64,000 nt of DNA from Lingula anatina (GCA_051362555.1 CM120646.1:17360001-17424000); one strand, 5' to 3'. Counted from the stretch's first letter, positions 13,801 through 26,875 are shown. Notes: a model not told the origin generated them from the sequence alone. Numbers and translations are program-made.

Positions 13801-15811
13801 CTGATGAGTGTGACCAATAAGTTTATTTCTTACCTTTGATGACACCGTTATTCTGCAAACAACAGCTATTGGCTATGCAGCACCCAACCTCCGCTAAGGC
13901 AGTCGGCTCGTTTCCAAAACTTGGACAAGTGCCGTCTTTAAATCGCAAACCCAGTATTTATCCGTAGAAGAGGAAGCCATCTCGTGTCTGTTGGACGTAA
14001 AATAATTGCAGCAATTACCACAATTACCACAATTATCTGTACAGTCAAAGAGGTCACGTTCCTCGTACTAGTAGTTAAATAGATTTATTTTCGTGATAAT
14101 GCCGAATACAATGTGGGCTTACAAAGTCACCGGTTTTAACATTAATTTTACTACTAAATCTGTCGTGCCACACGAATCACTATAGGTTATTGACATTTGT
14201 CTTTATTTCACCTCTTTTTAAGGGGTAAAGCGCCAAGTAAGAAGAAAAGATGTCTCATTTTATCTATCCCTTTTTTTAAATGGTGTTGATAATATGCGCA
14301 CTGGCAGTGGGGGATTGAGGGTGGGTGTCAGGGGGGTCCTGACCCCCCCTAGATTTCCGAGAAAATCACATCTATGGTCCCCTCTTGAAATTATAATTTT
14401 GACTAGCTGAATCACAGCTCTAAACCGTATCAAATGGCATCGTTCGCCCTCTAAAGTAACAAAAACTTTCGTGGCCCTTCACCGGGCTCCGAACCCCACT
14501 CCAAGGCTGGAAAAGTATGGCTATAGCTTTTATCATCTTTAAACCTGAAATTAATGTTCATGTAGGCGTTTGTTTGGACCAATTGGCATTAGGATCAAAA
14601 TGTGCGCTAAAATTTGTAAATAGTTTTCTCATTTCAAAATACATCCACATTTGAGATCGGTAAAAATACTTGAAAAGGCGATAAAAGGAAGTACGTGCAT
14701 GTGACGTCATCCAGGTTTCCAGTTTGCTCTTTATCACCTTCAGCTTTGCAGAGAACCGTTCAACCGCTACACCTTCGTTGGCACTTAACAAGAAACAGTT
14801 TCTGTCTTTGAATTTCTCTCTACCATTTTTGTCAAATTTTGTTTTGAATTGGTTATATTTGTTCGGACTTATGGCACTGGAAAAGGGAATATATATTCAT
14901 TATCCTTTTCTAGATTCTGGATTTTCCTTCATGTATACATTCCAGTCTATGAAATGAAGATTAAAGGTGGTTAAATAAAATAATCGGGTGAAAGATGGGT
15001 GTTTGAAAGATAAAGGGTACGTGTAGGATAGTTGTATTTGAGTAGCTTTTTTGAGAAACGATCTCGTTTAATGACCAAATCTCCCAGTCATACTGTGATA
15101 ATCGAGTAAAATTATGATCATGCTTAGACTTGGCTACTTAAATTAAGAAACTTTGTTAACACCTCAGTGTAATAGATAGTTGATCTGCACACAAATTGTC
15201 CAGCAGACCCACCAGGTAGTTTGCAGAAATAAAAATAAGACTGCATTAGAAATAAGTAGAGAACATTATTCTATAATGAGTAATGTATACATAAAATTTT
15301 TTTTGATATTTACAGAAATACCTTGCATTGCAAAATCAGAATTTTGATCTATTTTTGTTTGTTAAAGAACTATTATGGGCTATTCAGTGGTATTCATGAT
15401 TAGCCTAGAACTTGAGTTTTATTACATCTTTATTTTGATAATCATTAACGACTTGTATAACGTAACACGTGATCATGACTCATCAGAAATTATTATATTC
15501 AGTGATCTAGTTTTCAGGTTACTACTCAAATATTGAGAAACACAGAAAATTGTTTATAATTTCCAAGTAATTTCCGAGTGTAAGGAATAGTTTGTTTCAT
15601 TAAAGGAAATATCACATTTGCCTAATAGGTAATTTCGCGTTGTGTCATGTGAAGTTGTTGACGACACAGGTCACGACTAAATCTGTCGTGCCACACGAAT
15701 CACTAGGTTATTGACATCTGGCTCTCTTTCAACTGTTTTTATAGGACCAAGGCCTAGCGTCAAGTGAGAAAAAAAGATGTTAAAACCTGACATGTGGTTA
15801 TATAAGTATAT

Positions 15812-16024
15812 CAGTGGCGGATTTAGAGGGGGGGGGGGGTTTCTAAAAAATATATTACACTAATATTCCCCTCTTAAAATGAGAAGTTTGCTTTCCAAAA
15901 CACCCAAAAATTTTCGGGGTCCTTGAGCGGGCCCCGAACCCCACACCAAGGGGGCGGTGGTTGGTTCCGTATTGGAGACATGTCGTTCCGGACCCCCCTT
16001 CAAATAATCCTGGATCCGCCCCTG
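15812..16024. mobile_element. Non-autonomous DNA element with CAG(T/G)GGCGGAT termini (EnSpm/CMC-like MITE)
   Basis: CAGTGGCGGATT ... GATCCGCCCCTG terminal inverted repeats in a TA-rich site. A related truncated copy lies at ~14305-14510. Confidence 0.7.
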
Positions 16025-17418
16025 TATATAAATCACTTCATCAGCCTCAAGTACCCACAATTAACTTACTGAACTTTGTAAATTAATCAATAAAAAGTAA
16101 AAAAGACATGAGGTGAAAGTTATAAATTAAAACAATCAGGAGCAATCACGACCAGATAGATAACACAGTAATTAGTAACAGTAATTTGTAGTACATTGGG
16201 CTCTTCGACTCGGAAGAGAACTGATTGTCTCAAACTAAAACTATTGATAAAAGCCGAATGTATGTTTTTGTTTTAAAGTGTCAGCGGTACATTTGAAGAA
16301 AAATGTTTCAAAAGCTGTTTTTAGTCCTCCTTATTGCTACAAAGCACCTTTAAATGTTTGATACATGTGTAGTCGCACTGGTGACCGAAAAAAAAAAAAA
16401 ATCACTGCTAAAATGCGTCGTCTCCGATCCCACTTCTGGATTTCTACTGTAGAAAAAAAAAATCAAATCTATCGGGTACAAAAGTATGGCAATAGCTTTT
16501 CTCATCTTGACGCTCGCTTGGAACACTGATCCGAATAAAGCAGAATTGTTTGGACTAATTGGCAATTTTAGTAAAATATGCATTGATCAAAACATTTAAA
16601 CCTCCTCTCAGCACAATATACACGAAGGTTTGGGATCATGCAGGGAAACTTGAGAAGGTGATAATAGGTAACAAGTGCATATCCCTTATATGTTGCGTCT
16701 TCTAGATTTCCGGTTTGCTCTTTATTATCACCCTCTTCAGTTACTCGCAAAACTTCTGCGGCCTCCTTAGCACGAACTTAAAACTAAATTGTTTGTCTCT
16801 TCGAATTTCTTTTCACGAATGTGCCAGGGGTCACAGTATTGGAAAATGATTTGTAATTAATATTTTTTAATCTTTTAATTCTTAATTCAATTCAACTGGA
16901 AGTTGAAAGATTTTAGTCTTTGGCTTAGTGCTTGTACCGTGTATGATAAAATTCGCCCATTGGAATAATGAGCATGCAATAGGAGCTTTAGATAAGATTT
17001 CACCCTTTAGAAGTTTAAATTTTACTATCCTATGCTTCAAGCCCAGCAATCCGTTAGAACTGGATTAGAGGAAGCCCTTGTGTGTCCACCTTGTGGGCGG
17101 ATTTGGATTTGAATAGACCAATCAGCTAAACTTTATCTGATTGACATTTTAATTGATAAAGTTTAGCATAAAAACTTGTGAACTTAAACATTGAGGGGAG
17201 GATGTCTGGATTAAAGCTCATAATGAATCTTAATTGTACCATGTAACTTTTAGTTTAGCAAAATATATAACCTGGTAAAGTTACAACATGGAGTCGTTTC
17301 ATTTCTTCCGTGTGCGATGTTTAAAGCTTAGAGCCTGGGAATCTCCATAGCAGTTTCAAAGATCGCGATATCCCAAGATGAAAGCCCACAGTGCCCAGCC
17401 AATGAAGTGTGGGGTCAT

Positions 17419-17449
<31 letters not shown>

Positions 17450-20400
17450 GGGGGGGGAGTAAAAAAGTCCCTCACAAGCTGTTCTTAGGACTTCATCTTT
17501 GCTGGCCATCTTTGCTGGCCAATCAGATTTCCACCAATCACCATGAGTTCTGTTTGGAAACTGCCATTTATGCCCGCCCAAACCATAACACTGCGGAAAT
17601 TGCAATGGCCGAAGGCACGACCCCTGTCCAGATCAGGCAGCCGTGACATGGATGCCAGTGTCCACAGGCATTGGTTGTGGACAACTGATTATGCAGGGCT
17701 TTTGTCCCAATTTGTGTTCAGATGAGATGTCTGAATATTTAGCTCATGTCATCTAGCCATCTTCTGGAACAACTCAAGTGTATCAGTACTGCAGGACTGA
17801 GAGGGTGTTCTGGCACTAAAAACAGTGACCAGACTGACATGTGCATATTTGGGCATTTTGAAGCTCTTTGTCAAAACCAAAGATTGCGTTTCTTTTTGGC
17901 CAGTATATCTAGACGTGATACATGCACCGTTCTTACTGACGCAACTTTTGCTTATTCATGTACATATTAGTACACTATTTAATCATGCTTTCGCATGTTC
18001 TGTCCTTCCGAATAGCTTTATTTGAAAATAATCCTTCCATTTCTTATTATTAATGAAGAGAATAAAGAGAAGATTCATTAATGATATATATTATGCAAAA
18101 CATGCTTCCACCATTTTATCAGAAAATTGACATTAACTCATTTTTTCTATGTATTTGTAAAAGTTTTCATTACTAGTCAATAATATATATGTGTCATTTA
18201 CAGAATGCTATTGATTTTTTTCCCATAGAAATCATGTTGAATTAATTTGATATTTTTCTGTATATGTCTGCTTTTATCAGTTTTGTTTTCATACAACTAA
18301 TCAGTATATATATTTAATGCGGCACTCTGATGATGCAGGATTTTGCAACTTGTGGCTCTTTCATCACACCTTTAATTGTATCTCCCATTTTTTTCACACA
18401 GCGAATCACTGTAGCAGCAAATAAGAAATCTCCCTCTATCAAACGTTTCAGAAAATGGCAGATATATTTTTATGTGTACTAAATTGTATTTAATCTACAA
18501 AAAATGTACTTTGCTGATAATGTTTCTCTTCAATCTTGAAGTATATTCCAGATAAATTTAAGTTGGATAGAGAATTGCGTGGAATATTTTGTGATGAGGA
18601 ATATATTTTATCTTTTATTCTTATAGCGAACAAAGTTGTCAAAAAACTGATATAGTACAAGTTTTGATTACGCGTTTCATGGTGCCATCATGTCCGCTCA
18701 AGTAATTAGTTGTAAAATTGACTGACGGTTTACTTTTTGTGATGAATAACTGACTTATAATCTAGTCTCAGAACTCGAGCTCCATGTTTCCAATTTTGTA
18801 TACGGGGTCTGTCATGAAATGAATGTTTTATACATCTTGTCTTTAATATGACCAAAAGAAGGAAGCTCTGTTCCAGGTAAATTTAAGTGCAAATTTTTTC
18901 AGGTTCTTAATGCATAACTAACAGTGATCAAAGAAAAATTCTACATTTACCTTTATAATATTTTGATGAAGTTATGTTTATAGTTGAGCATATATAAAAA
19001 TATTGTGAGCGTGAATTTCATAATGAATGGAATGGAATAAATATGTCCATATTGGAAAGAGAGTATGCCAGTTCATTGATGAGGTTTTCACTTTAAGATT
19101 TAGGCTAAATGAATTACAGTCATTACTCCATCTTTTTAATGGGGGGAGGGGGAGGGTTGTGATTTTACAGATACTACATTTTAAAGTCAAGATTTCTAAA
19201 AATTTAAACATTCGTATTGAGTGGTAGGAACAGAGTTAAAGGGAGGCTATTCTATAGCTCTATTCTATGCAGTTAAAACACCACAAATCCTATCTAGAAA
19301 TGTGATTTTGTGATTATAAAAGTATGTATCTGAAAGTTTTGCCCTTTGGAAGTCATTACCGTAGCTGAAGAGTTTTGCTTGAATGGAGCGTTTTTGTTTT
19401 CCTAATTTTCTTCACGAAGAGCCCGTGCTAAAATCTAAAGGCGTTTTTAAGGTTACGTAATTAGCGGCCCCTTGCTCAAAAATTTCATTTTCATTCGCAA
19501 ATGAAAAAAAAAAATTGCAAGCATTTACTTGGTTTAGTCCAAGGATTGTAAAATGTACTTTGTAGGATGATTTAATAATATCTGTTATTATTACTATAAT
19601 TTTTAACTTTTTGGTCTCGTTGGAGTTGTTGTTGGTTAAAGCCCCAAAAATGCCGTGCATCCAAAGCCCACCCCCGCCTCTACGGTCCCACACTCGCCTC
19701 GTGTTTCGTACTCGTTTTAGGCCTCACCCCCAACTCCGTCTCCGTTCCGTAATTAGTTTATTAAGGAAAATTTCAAGTGGAAAAGTATTCCAAAATATAC
19801 ATTAGGAGATGGCGAGTGTGCGTTTTGCGGAGATCATTACCAGTAAATGAATTAAAATCAAAGTTCGCAAAAATATGCTGGAAATTTATGTGGAGACGGG
19901 CCTTTTGTGCTAAGCCACACACAAAGATAATTTTTAGAAAAGGAAATACACAAGTACACGGTTATAAGCTGTGCGACTTTTATTTGCAATAACATAAAAT
20001 ATAAACCGAAAACCAAATGAAGTGATTGTCGTGCTTTTTCTGAGAAGGACAAATAGTCGTAGATAAATTAAAATAGCAGAAAATATATTCCGTTCGTTAA
20101 GTTAAGGATTGTGCAAAATAAAACTGGATCTTTTTTTCTGAACTTAAAATGTCTGTCAAAATTACATTATATTGTTGCAGTGGCGATGCTGAACTTCATT
20201 TGTCACTGACGTAAAGTGCACCAGAGGAATGACCTTGTGGAAAATAACATCAATTAAAATAGACTTGTAACACTTAACAACAGTAAAAATATTTATACAA
20301 TAGCCTACTACAAGTTAATACATATGTCAAAACACTTGAAACCAATAAAAATAAAGATATATAATACAAATACTAATAATACTAATTAGATGTAGCAAAG

Positions 20401-21373
20401 TTAAGTTAGAATATGCTGTCTTTTTATGGACAGGCGCTATCTATCTGGGCATTTGGGCATCACCTGCGTCTATCGTTGCCGTTAGTGTCGCCTTGAATAC
20501 TGTTACTTGCAATTGTCGTCATCAAACTTACAAGAAGGTTTCTTTGGATAGTGAAAATACAGCTCAAGTTTGAAAACAAGCCTGGCAGGGATTTTTTTAG
20601 TGCTAGACAGTATTGGGCGGTATTTGAATTTTTACAAGTATTCATGCAGTGAGCTAGCATTAAATCATTTGTCCATTAATTATATATAATGACAGATGTC
20701 TGATGAACTAAGATATATACATTTATATTTTTTTACATTACACGATTTGATAAGTTTAAACAAGGTATTACGTAAATCCAGTCAAGTGACAACACCCCCA
20801 ACTTACAAAAGCACCTTGCCCAGTAAAGGGAACTGTGAATACCCCTATATAAAGCTCCACATGTCGTGTGAATGATATATTAAATTAATTTCCAAAACTT
20901 TTACAAAGCTTGTTGTTTTTTTTAACAACCGTTTCTGTGAATACTTAGTAAAACAATATTAAACAATATTTAAAAACATCTAAGTGAAACACGAGCACAA
21001 ATGTAAACGCAACCGTGATAAATGAAATACTATCAATAAAAGAACGAAACAACATCCTTAATAGACAATTCTGAATATACAAAAATAAAATAGATAACAG
21101 AAATTCCAATCGAATCTAAATCATTTCCATTGGCAAAAGAGAAGCCCCAGAACGTTATGCCTGGTTTTATATGTTCACGGTGAACATGTTAGAAATTTTG
21201 AATGTTACCGGTAGACTCGTCCTTCATAAGCAACACTGGAAAGTGGAGTTCCCCGGTAGACAATATACCTATTGGAAACACTGACGTTTTAAAATATCCA
21301 AATATAATTTCAGACTTGACATAAAAATATTTTTAATTGATTGCTTTTTGTGTTTTTTTGGTAGGTGCTGGAT

Positions 21374-21411
<38 letters not shown>

Positions 21412-21971
21412 AAAGGAGAAAGAGACAGTTATAGTGACAAAGCGTAAGATTTAAAGCACCCTTTTTACCTAAATGAACATAAACCACTTCTTGTTGAGCT
21501 TATCTGGAGACAAGTGATAATCTTGATCATTTTAATAGATAATTGCCATGAGTTAATTTTTGCGAAAACAATATCATTTATCAAAATCAATTAGTCGGAC
21601 GAAAATACTTTTAACCACAAGAAAGTTGTTTAAATAATATCATTTCTGGGTTTTGTGTTGTTCTAAATCTTTCTCTTTAATTATGAAATAATTATTATAA
21701 TTTAGTATTTCAAAATCTCATTGCATCATTTCATTCAATGAAATTTCGGCCCTTGCGAAATAATTGCATTTTTAGACAATCTTAAAATGAAATGAATACA
21801 CTAAACAGTAACACATTCTGATAGTTTAGCAATATCTATCAAAGGGACGTGTCTTTTGTTTGGAAGTCCTAGAGGGACTTTTTAAAGGTAAAATTTTGGT
21901 AAATTTTGTTAATCCAAAAGAAAAAATTACTTTTGAATCATACAGATGGTCCTTTTATGTTTTAGGGAGAA

Positions 21972-24900
21972 TTAAATAATATTAAATGCTATCAACCCGA
22001 CTGCCATTCCTGTCATTATGACAAAGATGATATCAACCTTCTCGAAAAAAGAAGCAGAATTGACGTTGGCCGCCTTCGTCACAAACCAAGTAGTGGCATC
22101 TGGCGGCTGAATTGATGCGCAGTTATGGGCTTTATCACGAATCACGCGCAGAGGAAAGGCGTTCCCCTTGTATGTGTAAGCCACTGTCTCAGATTCGATC
22201 CGATCCTGCAGTGAAGCAAACAAACTGAAACCTTCGTCATAATTACGGATATATTTGGCCAAGAGAAGATTAAGGCTTAACTGAACTGCGAATTGTGATT
22301 CCTCTCGATCGCGTGGGTAGACGGTGCTAGAGGAGATATTCTTAACAAGGCAACTGTAAGGTTTTTGACCCATCCTTTGTGGTCGCCAAGTTTTACTGTT
22401 GTCATTACCTAAAAGGTTTACAAGATTCTGTGGGAAACGAAAAGATTTACAGGCATCAAACACCTCAGCGATGGTGTCATTTCCGGTGACCATGAAATCG
22501 ATAACCAGCTTGTACAACACGTTGACAAGAGAAAGGAAAGGTGACGCGCACACTTCCGGCATCTTTTCACTTGGGCAGGTCATCTGAAAAAGAAAAAACA
22601 AAACATTTTTGCACTCATTTAGAGCAATTCGTTTAAGCAGTGAGCAATGTTTACTTGCCAGTCATTCAGAACGCCATGTCTTCCTGTATATTTCAGAAGG
22701 AACTATCGATGGGTTTTACTTGAGTTTTTTTTTTCTTATTATTCAGCCTTTGCATTTAATATGGAATATTTTGGTTTCAAAGTTGTGCCTAGGTAAAATG
22801 TATTAATTATTTCTAAAAACGTGTATTTCATGCGAATGACGAGAATAGATAAATGTGTTGTCTTTGATGTCTTACAATGCTTGTGTTGGAGTTACACGAT
22901 TCTAGTGGTTCCGGTGTTGTTGGATCCACAAGCGCTGAAAACGCCACAGGATTAAACTTCTTAACATCCGACTCGCCTGAATAGTATACAAATAGCATTT
23001 CAACATACGTATATATACATGTATATGGGGTCATCAGGGAACTAAGTAATGAGAACTTTTGTTTTTTATATGTGCGATAAATATAGAATTATCGCACACA
23101 TAAACAAGGTACATGTACCAAAGCTGTCAAATGTACTTACAAAAAGCAGAAAATAATGATGCAAAAATACGTTATTTTGACAATTTTGATGCATTATTAC
23201 AAAATCACACCAAAATTTTACTACAGACAAGATATAACACGGACATTAAGAATGTATAACAAGCTTAAGACTTCAGGCCCATGGAAGTTCAAGTTCACGC
23301 TTTAAAAATGCCAGAATAAGAAAAAAGAAATCATCACAAAAATGCATTAATTCAAGAAAAATAATCCCATCGATCTGGTTTTCAAATATCAGATGTATGG
23401 TAATCCTAAGAATCATTCCTGTTAGTTAAAAAATAAGAAGTAACACAGTCTTCTTTCATAATGTTTCTGATGGCAGTGCACAAAGTAGGCTTTTGTCAAT
23501 TTGATGCAATATTGTTTAATTCATATTGCATAATTTAAAACACAATCACCACCAATTTATAATCACCTACTATACGTAGCATGCATGCATGCATTCAGAA
23601 AATGTACTTCAATTCGACTTCATGCTCGTGGGAGTTGTAAGGTCCCCATTGGAAATGCCAATCTGTGAAAACTAAAAATTTCACAAAGAGCTTCATCTAA
23701 GCTTTCATTCCTATGCATCAATTCAGTAACTTTGATAATGAAAAGTTTTAATAAAATTTATGGTTTTCTTTTAATGGTCACTCTGGCGACTGTACCCAAA
23801 ATAATTTTTTTTTCAGTTTTGATGCAATATTACATAACGCTTAATAGCATAATCACCACCAATTTTTAATTATGCACTGCAATTATCATAGATATTTGGA
23901 AAATAAGATTAGCAAGGGTCTTCAGGCCCAGGGAAGTTCAGAGTCACTTTCTGAAAATGTCAATATCAGGCCTCATAAACGATAATTGCCGTTTCCTAGA
24001 ACGAGCATCAGATTCCCTAGCGCAAACGCCAATATTAACGAGCCCCACCTCAGATAACAAGCACGACGTAAAGTTAGCGAGCACAAACTTAGCATTTCCA
24101 AGCACTATCAATTTGTCCAGCTTCCATCGGGGCCCCCGGCTGCTTAAATACGGGTCCTTTTTAAGAACTAGGGACTATTTCAAGATGGCGGAAGATACAA
24201 GAGACATAACGGTGGAACTTTCAGAGATTTCTGGGCTCAAACGCCTTTCTGTCTCTTTGACGAAAGAGAAAGGATTTTCAACGTCCACGCCACGGCCAGA
24301 TATAGTGGCTAGATCATTACTAATAGATTTTGAAAGAACGCAAATGATAAATTGGACGCAAGTAACAAATGATTCATCGACTATTTTCACCGACTCAGAA
24401 ATATCTGTTTCCATGTATCAATATTTTAACTTGTGCAAAATAAACGTAGAATATATAAAAAATTCTCAAAACAAACCAAACTACTGCATTAGTATATTCC
24501 ACTATCCATACAGCAGCAATGCGTTCTCGACAACCTTCGGCTAATACGGAACATACCGAACGGGTAGATAAGCGGATCAACGGCTAGTGCTTGGAAACGC
24601 TTAGTTAGTGCTCGTTAACTCAAGGAGTTATAACAGAAATGTTATAACTCCTTGGTTAACTTGTTAATCTGAGGTGGGGCTCGTTAATATTGGCGTTTGC
24701 GCTCGGGAATCTGAGGCTCGTGGTGGGAAACGCCCAATCCGTTTATGAGGCCTGAATATGTGAAAAATTAACATTTCACAAACTAACTGAATAACTTCCA
24801 GAAAAGGACACCAATTCTTAATATATCATAAAAATATTGATCACTCTTGTACGTGTGAAGTCAATTGGCAAATCGGTTTTCCTTAAAACGTATTATCTGC

Positions 24901-26875
24901 ATTTGCATATTTGCTGGAAAAAAGCAAAAAAAAAAAAAGCATAACTTTTAGATAATTTGCCGGATCAGGCCCGTTTTCGAACTCGACCTGTATTGTAAAA
25001 ATAATCAACAGTTCCGTAAGTTTGAAGACAAAAAGGTAAACGGTTTTCCACTTATCGTGTTATCACGATCCTAATTGAAAGTTCTGAGCGAGGACGGCGA
25101 CGATAGACGCAGGTGACGGGCTATATAAAAAAACAAAAGTTCTTATTACTGTTGACACAAAATGACGTTTGTGTCGACTAAAGCAAATGTTGCTTCACTC
25201 TAAAATGAAAAATAGGCAATGCATTTCTCTCCCCTTTTTCAATTTGTAGGTTGAGATCGATACAATCCAGCGTAATATTTCAAACAAAGCAACAAAGCCG
25301 TCAAATGGGCAGAATTTTAAATATCAAAACTGAAAAAAAAAAGCAGTCAGTTTGATGCAATGTTACAACAATGACTTGTCTAATTATGTAGCGGACATTC
25401 AGAAAATGTAACTTGCATTGAACATTAGATCAGGAGACTTAAAAGTCAGTTTAAAACACCAGTTTAAGAAAAAATCACAAAAAGCTTAAGAACTAAGGAG
25501 AAAACAACCCAGTCAGGCATGTTTTTGAAGTGCATCTCAGTTATATCAATCCTAAAGGTTTGATAATAATGATAAGCATCATGGCTCTAATTCTGTTTGT
25601 TAACGAGTAAAAATTCCTGAAAAGTGCACGGCGGCAGCCACCGGTGGTCATATGCCCGGACACATTGCGTCTGCCCAGTAAAGTATGCTATTACAAAACT
25701 GATCTACATGAAAAAAAAACAACAATAAATATTTACTTACTGTTTCCAGGGCAATAACCAAATGAGGGCGTATGAGTGTATCTGCAGAGCCAACAGAAAT
25801 GATTTCTGGCATAAAAAGCTTCAGTGGTGTGAGGCATTACATGCGTGATAGCCGTAATTGAAGTGTTGCCGCAAAGTCCACGGTAAGGAGAATCTCTGTA
25901 GCACTCGTTTGGGTTACCGCTAAAGAGTATACCTTGCCCGTGACTGTTGGAGATACTGTCTATGCACGGTCTACCAGGGATTCCATCTGGTTCATAGAAT
26001 TTACCATGGCAATCCGGAAGTCCATGCACTGCTTCTAATATGGACGTCACACTTCTAGCTTTCATTGCAAAGGCGTCATAGTTCGACAGAATGCACTCTA
26101 CGGTCATGGTCCAGGATTTGTACTGATTGACGCCATGACACATGGCACAGAAGGAATTCCGGAAAGTGAACCCTGAGACTGGGTCAGACACAGGCACTAT
26201 CAATCTTGCCTCGATAGTAGAGTTCGGGTTCTCACAGTTATCCCGGATCTCATCGTCAAACCAATTCCCTGGGCATGCTTTTATCATCCAGAAGAACCTA
26301 CTGGACACCAGACGACCTCTTCTTTTTTTAGTTATCTGCGAACGACATTCCAAGTCATCGGCTCCCACGATTATTGGTGGCGACGATGAGGGAGAAGTGT
26401 TGGTGTTAGCACTTATGTCTCTTTCGTTGCACTGCAGATTAGAAGCCAAACAGCAATCACCTAGGGCATGGCACACGTCATCGCAATAACATGAAATGTA
26501 GATACTGTGACCAAGTTCCTTATCAAAGGGTTCCACGAGGGCGCAGAACCGCTGACGAGCTACTGGCGAAGGCAACGCCCTGTTGCCCCATGGGTTTGGA
26601 GAGGTTGTGGATTCGCCATGTTCAGTAGCTGTGGTGGCCGAAGAAGATCCCAAAGGAGTTTGAGGAACTGGTGTGGTCACAGGCAAAGGATGACTTAATG
26701 TCTCGTTGTCAAGGACTGGTGGCATTGGGGGAGTTTGTAGCTGATTTGGAGTAGAACTCGTAGTGGTGATCTGGTCAGCTCCGCCTGTGCCTCTGACCTG
26801 TGACCCGTTTATTAGTGCGAGCCCCAGCAAAAGTAGAACGGTGCCCATCAGTAAATTCAAAAGAGACTGAAACAT
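21972..26875 (-). CDS. Signal-peptide, Cys-rich SMB-like protein without 7TM, copy 2, 615 aa
   Basis: Exons 26875-25741, 22976-22876 and 22583-21972 have the same lengths (1135, 101, 612 nt) and splice sites as copy 1. No stops or frameshifts; about 27 amino-acid differences from copy 1. Confidence 0.85.
23103..25132 (+). mobile_element. HINE-like element, paralogous copy (interrupted, 3' hairpin lost)
   Basis: Aligns to 6757-8033, carries the 788-bp insertion and lacks the terminal palindrome. Confidence 0.65.
23967..24754. mobile_element. 788-bp non-autonomous DNA transposon with ~140-bp imperfect TIRs
   Basis: CAGGCCTCATAAACG ... CGTTTATGAGGCCTG, flanked by AATAT at 23962-23966 and 24755-24759. 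The empty site in unit 1 (~7649) has a single AATAT. Confidence 0.9.

Larger units (their letters stand above)
10170..16850. repeat. Three degenerate direct copies of a ~0.6-1.5-kb unclassified repeat (~10170-11500, ~14270-15700, ~16230-16850)
   Basis: Shared core CATCCACATTTGAGATCGGTAAA...GTGCATGTGAC.CCATCCAGGTTTTCAGTTCGCTCTTTATCACC at ~10568 and ~14642, with a more diverged version at ~16620-16760. Confidence 0.75.
1263..17400 (+). repeat. Tandem segmental duplication, unit 1 (~16.1 kb)
   Basis: Colinear with 18049-37667, from the TLCD5 terminal codons (GAAGAGATTAAAGAGAAGATTCATTAATG) to AGCCCACAGTGCCCAGCC. Many ORF-track entries are paired (2246/19027, 5634/21972, 8626/25733). Confidence 0.95.

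Noticed and set aside
17560-17660. AEIAMAEGTTPVQIRQ resembling a tyrosine-recombinase (DIRS/Crypton) C-terminus
   Set aside because: There is no H-x-x-R or GRW-x-S-Y context, and it is too short to support.
21373-21410. Poly-G runs (also 17432-17458, 37083-37100) as functional G-quadruplexes or polyproline ORFs
   Set aside because: Homopolymer lengths differ between paralogous sites and are error-prone in sequencing; there is no evidence of function.
23957-24544. 195-aa ORF as a host gene
   Set aside because: It starts in flanking DNA and runs through the TIR of a non-autonomous element. At most the part from MAED is a relic.
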